A DNA stretch of 64,000 bases from Trichosphaerium sp. ATCC 40318 (Eukaryota; Protista; Tubulinea), in the NCBI GenBank assembly GCA_038496445.1, contig JALMLS010000573.1:124001-188000 (forward strand). The letters are read 5' to 3'. The notes beneath the pieces were generated by a model. That model was not told the DNA's origin. It saw only the letters and a program-made list of their open reading frames with translations, and made no database searches. Positions 55,690-64,000 of the stretch are shown here, in pieces. The first letter of the stretch is position 1; every line of letters starts with the position of its first letter. Position numbers and translations under genes: made by a program.

Positions 55690-56127
55690 CCCCAGAGCCG
55701 AAAAGCTAACCTCACGATGCTACAACCCAACCTCTTAACAGGAGTCTCTTTGATATCTAATCTGATTAATTCCAACATCTTTGGTATTTAGCACTACTTA
55801 AATACCCGAACCTTTTAAACCACTCCACTCCTACAGCCTACGCGCAAATTTCCCGTAGAAACACTTTTGCGCTTGTTTGTACCAAACTTGCCTTAATGTA
55901 CCTAGTTCGGGTATTGCAGCTGGGAATAACAACGCATGGTAAAGGGAGAGCGATATTAACGACTAAATAGTGAAGTGATGATGAAAGCAACACTAGATTA
56001 CATTGTAAAATCAACTAATTATCTAGTTGGTCTTTGTACGTTGTTTATATCTACTGGCGAGCGTTTGGTGGTTTTTTTAAAAGGAAATGGTGCCAACAAA
56101 CGTGACAGGGCCTTTTGGCCCAGCATA

Positions 56128-59100
56128 ATGCTTAACGGCACCTTTGGTGACCGCACAGCGTAACAGTGTATGCATACGTTTTTAACTTTATCCAGCATCC
56201 CACGAACGAGCCTATTTACGCGCAGCAGAGAACAACCACCTCTCGGACCTTAAACTTGTCTTAGAAAACAACCCAGAGTTGAAAATTGATTGCGTGGATG
56301 AAGATAACCGCACTGCGCTATACTACGCATGTAAACACGGTACAACAGCATTCTAGACTGGAATTGTAGCAAAACCGCTTTTTTCCCTTGCACGCATTCT
56401 AAGCATGCAAAGCATGCAACTAATTGCGTTATTAAATACTCTAACTATCCCTAAACCCTGTTAAGGCAACGATGACATGGTTTTGTTTCTTATGAGCAAA
56501 GGAGCTGATTTAGGAAATTACATTAAGTTAGCTGAAGAGCGTGGGCATTACAAGTGCGAAAAAGAGCATAAAGAGTCCAAAAATAACTAACCGGAATTTC
56601 TGCAATCAAAAGTGTTTACAGAATTCTTCGTGATCATTTAGACGCCGTTGAGAGGGAAAGATCTATAAAAGCAAAAAAGAAAATGAGTCTACGAATAGCA
56701 CGTTCTGCTAGCCCACGTGATAAGACTAAAACAAGACCGAGGGAAACAAGTACAGGTAAATTTCGGTTAAATATTTACATTCAACGGCTTTTTTGGAAGA
56801 TAAAAAGCGCTGTTCAGTTTTCGATTTTGGGCTTAATTTGTATCTGTTTAGCGTATTATTATGATGTAGAACGTGTAAAAAATGCAAATGCTCATGTACA
56901 GATGAAGTATGGTACATTGAGAGACTAATACTAAAAAATCGAATCTTATTTTTTGATATAGCTAAACGGCTAAAGCAAGCTGGATGGTGAGTGCCAAGAA
57001 ACAAAATCAAACAAATATTTGTTGTCTGTAATGAGTGTTAATATGTTTAGGAAACCTAATCTACCTGTAATTTTAATACCCGGACTAATGTCCACAATAC
57101 TACGTGTGCGTACTTGCTTCTCTTTTTTTTCTTTTTTGATTGTTACTTTCTTTTTTCTTTCTTTATTCTTATGTACTTTTAAAGGATACAGAAAAGTCTT
57201 CACTATTTCATAGAAAGGGAAGACGTGTTTGGGTATCTGTTGGAGCTATGTTGTTTGATTTAATGGAAAAGTCAACAACTATTTCGAGCGATAAAACAAA
57301 ATCAATCGATCAAGGTCTTCTTGATAGAGCTCTTCAATTACACAAGCCTGTCATTACTGCAGGAGTAAGCTATAATTTTTAATACTTTATACTTGAGTAT
57401 AATTTTAACTAATAATTTATAAAATAGGCTAATTGCGAAGATACAGTTGAAGAAGAAGTACGAAAACATCAAACTTAGTTATATTTTTTTCCATTTTTTT
57501 TTCCTTTCGCAGTTTATAACTCATTAAGGGCTGCAGCCTACCGTAATTTATATAAACATACACCATAACTTCATTTTACATTATTTCACATAATTCGTTG
57601 GAAAACATCATCATCTAGATAGACTTGCCCTACAACGAAGCGAAATACTTATTTTTTTTGTAGATAGCTAAATATAAAGAGAGTACACAGTTCGAGGTCG
57701 ATCAAAAAAAAGACGGGTTTGACAGAAAAGAATGGATTGGTGCTCTTAGGCTCCATGGAATTGAATGTAAAGATCCAAATGGTATTAGAACACGTCCACA
57801 GAGTGGTCACGAGGGTTGTGCTTGCTTGGATCCAAGTTTACCAAAATCAACATATGTAAGTATGTGCCTTCTTTTCTTTCTCTAAGTGGTTCTTTTTTAA
57901 GGTAATGATGTATATTATTAAAGCCTTGCTTGCTGTTGGTTACACAGAGTCAAACTTTGCCAGTATGACAGTACGTCTGTCTTTCAATTGAAAGTTTCTT
58001 TTTGAACTGTTGGTTTTTTTTCTTTTCTTCTACATTTTGTTCTATGGTTCTACAATGAATCAGATTTATTTACAAATAAAAGCCCAAAAACAATTCATTT
58101 CAACGCTTTGATTATTCCACTAGCAATTGTGTCCTTTTCTGTTTAGAGTCAATAAGAGAAAAATTTTTGTACCGACCAACTTTCATGCTTCTTGATGCTA
58201 ATAATGAAATCTAGTATGACTGGCGTCTATCTGCAATGCAACTAGAAGATAGAGATAAATATTTTACATGTGTTAAAGAGAGGGTAGAAGACTTTCATAA
58301 GAAGAATCATAAAAAAGTTGTCGTAATCACCCATTCTATGGGTTGTATTGTTTTTAAGATATTTCTCGATCACATGAGATACAGTGCAGGACAAGATTGG
58401 ATTAATAAACACATACATACGTATGTAGCCATGGGTGGTCCTTTTCAAGGTAGTGCAAAAGGATTGAGAGTAACAGTGCGTGCGTTTTGCTTTCTTCTTT
58501 TTTTCTTAGTGTGACAAAAATGCAACAAACAAAGTTTCTTGTTTTAATGAAACATGCACTATTTTTATGCGCTGACTACTTATTCTTGTGCTCTACTAAT
58601 CTCGTTTTTAGGTAGATGGCGGCGAACTCAGTTTAGGGTTTTTGTTACGCAAGAATGAGTCCAAATTTTTGACACGAAGTTGGAGTAAGCATTCATTGTA
58701 TTTTTTGGCATACTTAATGTTTTTCCTTCTTACAGGTAGTACTGCCAACCTATTACCGACTAGAAAAGATGTAGGAATAGTGGATGGTGAGGAATGTGAT
58801 GCATTTGAAACTGTGAGGTATGCAATTCGCTGAAACTTTACATGATTTTCTCTTTTATTTCATTTTATTTCTTCATTTCTTCATTTCTCACTTTCAATGC
58901 TTTTGTAGAAGACAAAAAGGTGCAGAGTTATGCCTCGAATTTTACAAAAACTGGTACAAGCGATTTGATTACTTATCAATAACTAAGGCACCACCCGTCA
59001 GTACGCACTTTAAAAAATCGTCAAAAAAAAAACCAGACCAAACGTTCCTTTCAGTCATCTATCTTCATGCTGATTATATGTCTTTTTCAGAGCGTTTTGT

Positions 59101-59743
59101 TGGTATTTATGGAGTTAATTTGGAGACTGAGATTAGTGCTATTTATAAGTCAATACCTGGAAAGCCTGGTGAGATTACTGTTGATCCTCACGGCATTGCA
59201 AATCTTGCTGAAGGAAATGTTTTGGAAAAGGTAGCGTTCTTTCCTTTTAACTACTACTAGTGGACTGACTAACTGGTTTTTTAAAAGGGTGTTATATACG
59301 AGACACCGCGTACTGAAAGAACAACACATGATGGGGAGAAGGTCATGGTTAGTGGTAAGTACAAGTAAAAAGATGTTTACAAACCTATTTTTATGTTTTT
59401 TCTCATTACTGTTGCAGCATAAGTAACACCCTAATTTCGTTACTTTTGTTGTTAAAAATAATACCAGTTATCTATTTAACATATACTGATATAAGTAATA
59501 GGTGACAGTACTGTTGATTACGAGTCTTTGAGTCATCCTATGACTTGGAAGGGTAAAGTAAAATACTTAAAGATATACGAACTAGAAGAAGTAGCACATC
59601 GTGACATGCTATCCAAACAGTCTGTTATTGAAATTATAGCACGTACAGTATGTTGGAGGGGTACAAGACATATAGAACGAAATAATGGCTTTGTTAACTT
59701 AAAGTCTGCTGTTAGACAATTGCAACCACATATAACAAAATAA
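56128..59743 (+). CDS. Ankyrin repeats plus TM helix plus LCAT/PDAT-like acyltransferase/phospholipase
   Basis: DEDNRTALYYACKHG..MVLFLMSKGAD; TM; PVILIPGLMST, YDWRL, ITHSMG, GGPFQGS, GDSTVDYESL, AHRDML. The start is uncertain. Confidence 0.82.
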
Positions 59744-59986
59744 AAAAATTTTCCAACATATTTTACACCAAATTTTAACGCCGTCCACCAATGGCTGACA
59801 CAATGTGACCGAAGGTCAGGCTCTTTTCCCAGGATGGTATGAGACTAACCAACCTCAGATGAAATACATGACGGTTGATGGCAAACAAGAAGTGACTGAT
59901 GGGTCAAACAATGTCAAGTTCAGTCCAACTTTTTCCTTGCTGTGTTTTTTTTGCTGAAACCGTTTCGAGTGAAACTACGTTTACAC

Positions 59987-60989
59987 ATGTACAACCACGG
60001 AAATAGCCCATTTAGATGCTCCGAAACTGGGGTTTCTCTTATTAAACTCAAAAAACAAACTTCCGTTAATAAAAGTCCTCAAACGCTTCTTGAATTACCT
60101 AGTGACGTACAAAGGGAGATTTGCAGGCTCGACTTTGCAGTTTTCAATAAATATAATTGTCTCTCTCGTACAGCAGCAATTCGAACACATTACGATGATG
60201 CCTTACAAAAGCATGGCCCATGGGAAGAATATAGAATAAGTACGTAAACCTGTTCGCTCAACTCAGAGTTTTTTCTGCCAAAAAAGTTGCTAATACAGAA
60301 TAGGCCATTTTGATGAAGAGTACTTAAGGATTAAGTGTACTTACCAAAATGGAAAAAGACAAGGCCACTGTATCTCATACCATCTCATTAATGGACAAGA
60401 AGCTGAGACATCGTACTACAAAGATGGTAAGGAACATGGAACAGTATATAGGTACAACGAAGATGGAAGCCAAAGTAGTATAGAAAACTTTAAAAATGGT
60501 ATTCAACATGGCGTACAAAAACACTGGACAAAAGGTAACCTCCATAGCTCAAAGGAATACAAGAATGGAAAGCTTGATGGGTTATCACAGACTTTCTTTG
60601 ATGATGGTCATTTGGATGTATCAGGGTACTTTAAAAAAGGTAAAAGACATGGTGAGAGAAAGATGTGGTATGTTAATATTTGTGGAAGTGATCATCATCA
60701 AATTGAAGTTCATAGTAATTGGAAGAATAATGAAATGCATGGAAGATGTCGTGATTGGCATCCTAATGGTCAATTACTTCAAGATTCTATGATGTACAAA
60801 GGAGAACGTCATGGTATTTGTAAAAGATGGTCTCCAGATGGTACTTTAACTCATCATGCAAAGTTTGTTGATGGCAAAGAGGTTGAGGTTTATACTGATT
60901 TAAATATTCCTTATGTAGACCCAAGAGACACAATGAGACAATTTGGTAATGCTAGATTATTTGGGCTTTTTAACCCTAACCAGAACTGA
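59987..60989 (+). CDS. F-box-like plus MORN-variant (YwqK-like) repeat protein, one intron
   Basis: LLELPSDVQREI; YQNGKRQG, YKDGKEHG, FKNGIQHG, YKNGKLDG, FKKGKRHG, WHPNGQ. Confidence 0.82.
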
Positions 60990-61496
60990 GGGTTTTTTGC
61001 GTTTTCGGGCTGAACACTTCAGTTTCTGAGCACATCATAAACTCATTGTAACGTTACAGTTTACTTACGTACTATAATAAAGATTTCCACATTAATGTAG
61101 ATACACGTGATTCCTTTAGTACAATAGAGAACATATGAAAGAACTAGTTAGGCTAATCTCAATCCAGAAAAAAAATCAAATTAGCCCATTTTTCGACTGT
61201 TTACTGTGGCAGAAACAAGCACGAATATATTTATACTATAATACTAATGACTATCGCCTTTATTCGTAACAGAAGATCATAAACTTAGCCTTTAAAAAAA
61301 GCAAATTGTCAGTTCAACGAATACCAAGCTGAAAATAGAACGTAGATAGCATTTTTACTATGTTGTTTTTCAATAAAACCCATGAAGTATTTCAGAAAAT
61401 CAAAAACGTGAGAATTTTGTAAAAATGAACGTTGAGTTCAACTTTTTTTTTTAAGTGAACTGTCACATTCTCTTCACGTACTCTTTCTATTTTAAA

Positions 61497-62342
61497 ATGA
61501 GATCAAGCGACCAAAGAAGCGCTTCAACAAAAAGTATATATCACAGTTACGCAGCTGGCTTTGGTGCTGGTATTGTATCATCACTAAGCGGATATCCTCT
61601 TGATGTCTTACGAGTATGTTTTACCCCCTTTTTGATGTTCTGCTCCTCATAACACTCTTAGGTTCGCTTTCTTTTTGGCTCCTCTAAAAAAAACTTATTT
61701 AACGGGGCTACGTTCATGTTTTGCCATCAGCTTGCCAAGTCAGGCCTCGTCTGGCCTATTCAGAGAACACTTGAAGATGAACTAAAAAAGTATCCAAATT
61801 TACCTTATCAACCTTTAATCTCGGGGAGTATTGGCGCTGCAGTACCATCAATAGTACTAAATCCTTTGAATGTTATTAAACTGCGATACATGGAATCAGA
61901 CGTGCCTTTAAAGTTCTTTGGAATATGGGATGACTTAATGCAAAAAGAAGGCTTTAAGTGGACAACTCAGGGGATGCAAGTTACTGTCATAAGAGACTTG
62001 GTATGGGGTGGCATCTACTTTCCAATGTTCACCTATTTAAACAATATTACAAAGCCAGACGTGGGAGAATCGTGGATGACAAAGATAGGTTGCATGGCGT
62101 GTTCGGCAGCAGTTGCAACAGCACTAGCTTCTGGAATTGATGCAGTAAGATTGCTACAAATGAGAGCTCCTAAAGAGGAGGGTCAATATATATCTTTGTG
62201 GTCAGCTATAGAGAAAGCTAATAGACTATCTATGAGGAATCTAAGCTCAACATTAGTAGGTGTAGTTCGCGTTACTCAAACGACAGTATTGAGTCATGTA
62301 ACATTTTTAAAATTGATGCAAGTGGAAACAAATCATTGGTGA
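61497..62342 (+). CDS. Divergent mitochondrial carrier (SLC25) protein
   Basis: YPLDVLRVR and NPLNVIKLR signatures, degenerate third signature GIDAVRLLQ, RDLVWGGIYF; one intron. Confidence 0.85.
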
Positions 62343-62957
62343 TTACTCACGCCACAGAAAAGTGAGGTGTAAATATCCTACAGTAGTAGTACAATTTAAG
62401 AATAAATAAACGAAATGCTGGTCACGTGACTCTCCCTAACATTAATTTAAAACATTGGCTCAGCTTGTGCTATTTCTAAACAACTTGTAACAACGTACTT
62501 ACGATTCCTTTTTTCGGACAGAAGAGAACCGTAACAATATTCCGGTATTCGAATATAAAAGGAAACTGATTTTATTCTATAGCCACAAGCCTCAAAAATC
62601 AAAAAACGACTTGTGTAAGTGTTGTAGGTTTAGGATAGGTGTATTTCAGTATTATTGCAGTTTTCTGAAGGTATTAATATTTTTTAGAGTTGTCTTGTAG
62701 TTATTTATTCATCATTGGTATATTCTACGCGGTTTTAACAAATATAGAAAACGATACAGTGGTTTTTAACTCGAGAAATTGACAGCGAAATTCGAACTTG
62801 AACTTCTTTAATCAAATCCACAAATTCTCACAGATTGCAACACTTCAGGGCAAGCCGTTTTACGCTGTACTGATAGGAATTCAAATACTGTTGTACAATT
62901 ACTTCTAGACCCGTTCCACGTATTAAAGGCTTCAATCGCCTTGTAAGCCCTCAAAAA

Positions 62958-63743
62958 ATGGATACAGCTTTCGATAGTTCACAAAGACGACGAAGAAAGG
63001 TCAGGCGATCAGCCTCTGTTGGAGGCGTAGCTGCTTCACGTTCTACTACATCGTTTCAACGACGCCCTAGCATGCTTAGTGCACAAGGCCCAAGGAAAGT
63101 TCACTCTAAAAGTGTACGAGGAGCCAGGAACAGTAAACGTCTTCAACAAAGGCGGAAACCAAAGAAAAGGATAGCCAAGGAGTGTACAGAAGAGCAAAAG
63201 GAACATATCAAAGCAGCTGTGCGATTAAACCGGAAAACGGTTCAGCGTACATTTTTTACACGTCCTAATAACTCAACACGCGACCCTCATAACATTGTGA
63301 TGGATGCTATAGCTGCGGCTGAAATTAGAATAGATGTTATGGCGAGATCGATCACAGACTTCGCAATAGCGCTAGCTCTTAATGATAGAAGAGATATACC
63401 TATACGCATTCTAGTGGATAAGACAAACTTGTGTAACAACGAGTACTTACGCCGTTGCATGAATTTAATCGCAAAACGTAACAAACGCGTCTCTTTCAAA
63501 CAATGGCCTCCTGATGACGCAGATAAAAACATACAACTACGCATGAAAGCCATGATTATTGACAGATACTGTGTACTCTCTGGGACGTACAGTTACTCCA
63601 TAGCAGCCAAACGCCAACACAGTGAAAATCTAGATGTCACTGTTGACCCCAGAACAGTTAAGAGTTGGAAAACAATGTTCGAAACACACTGGAAAGAAGG
63701 CGCTCCGTTCATTGTGACCGATGAAAGAACCAAAGCAGAGTAA
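62958..63743 (+). CDS. Intronless PLD6/Zucchini/Nuc-like single-domain PLD protein with degenerate HKD motif and basic N-terminus
   Basis: AIAAAEIRIDVM..SITD..IA.AL, IRILVD, LRMKAMIID..VLSGTYSYS..A...HSENL, FETHW. Confidence 0.8.
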   Translation: MDTAFDSSQRRRRKVRRSASVGGVAASRSTTSFQRRPSMLSAQGPRKVHSKSVRGARNSKRLQQRRKPKKRIAKECTEEQKEHIKAAVRLNRKTVQRTFFTRPNNSTRDPHNIVMDAIAAAEIRIDVMARSITDFAIALALNDRRDIPIRILVDKTNLCNNEYLRRCMNLIAKRNKRVSFKQWPPDDADKNIQLRMKAMIIDRYCVLSGTYSYSIAAKRQHSENLDVTVDPRTVKSWKTMFETHWKEGAPFIVTDERTKAE

Positions 63744-64000
63744 AAGTGCAAAAAGGGAAAAACGCACTCTAACGATTTTACAAGTACACTTCAACCGAGT
63801 TCACGCGTCTATAAACGCTATAGAAATAAAGTAATGTTTAAAAAACTGCCTGAAAACTTTTTCTGAAAAACAAGGCCATGCTTCAACAACCTACACAAAT
63901 AGTATGTACAGTTTCATCGCCAATTTCGACTAAGTGAGATAAAAAATGTTGCTGGTATTCAGTGATGTTACGAAAACGGTTTTTGACTAGAAATGACTTT

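Overview
This is AT-rich, gene-dense eukaryotic nuclear DNA with many short (about 30-250 nt) spliceosomal introns, so the ORF track shows only exon fragments. Gene models below were spliced by eye and exon boundaries are approximate. The gene content (Roco GTPase, receptor-like tyrosine kinase, GH25 protist lysozyme, alternative oxidase) suggests a phagotrophic protist, plausibly an amoebozoan (inference). Housekeeping genes (SRPK, AOX, MTFP1, DnaJ, spermidine synthase, mitochondrial carrier, LCAT/PDAT-like) alternate with fast-evolving material: F-box/LRR and F-box/MORN paralogues and pseudogenes, and at least three MITE families. The standout is a minus-strand gene (18630->12915) in which 21 ankyrin repeats are each encoded by their own ~99-bp phase-1 exon, separated by 20 near-identical hairpin-containing ~50-bp introns. 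All 21 exons are open. Their variation concentrates at ankyrin ligand-binding positions, and the array is fused to a PARP-like (H-Y-E) ADP-ribosyltransferase, making it a candidate exon-cassette variable receptor/effector. The window also holds a second PARP-like effector on a ROC-COR protein, an orphan first exon of an ankyrin-gene paralogue, a GH25 lysozyme-C39 peptidase fusion, a bacterial-type uronate isomerase and a catalytically degenerate PLD6/Zucchini-like gene.
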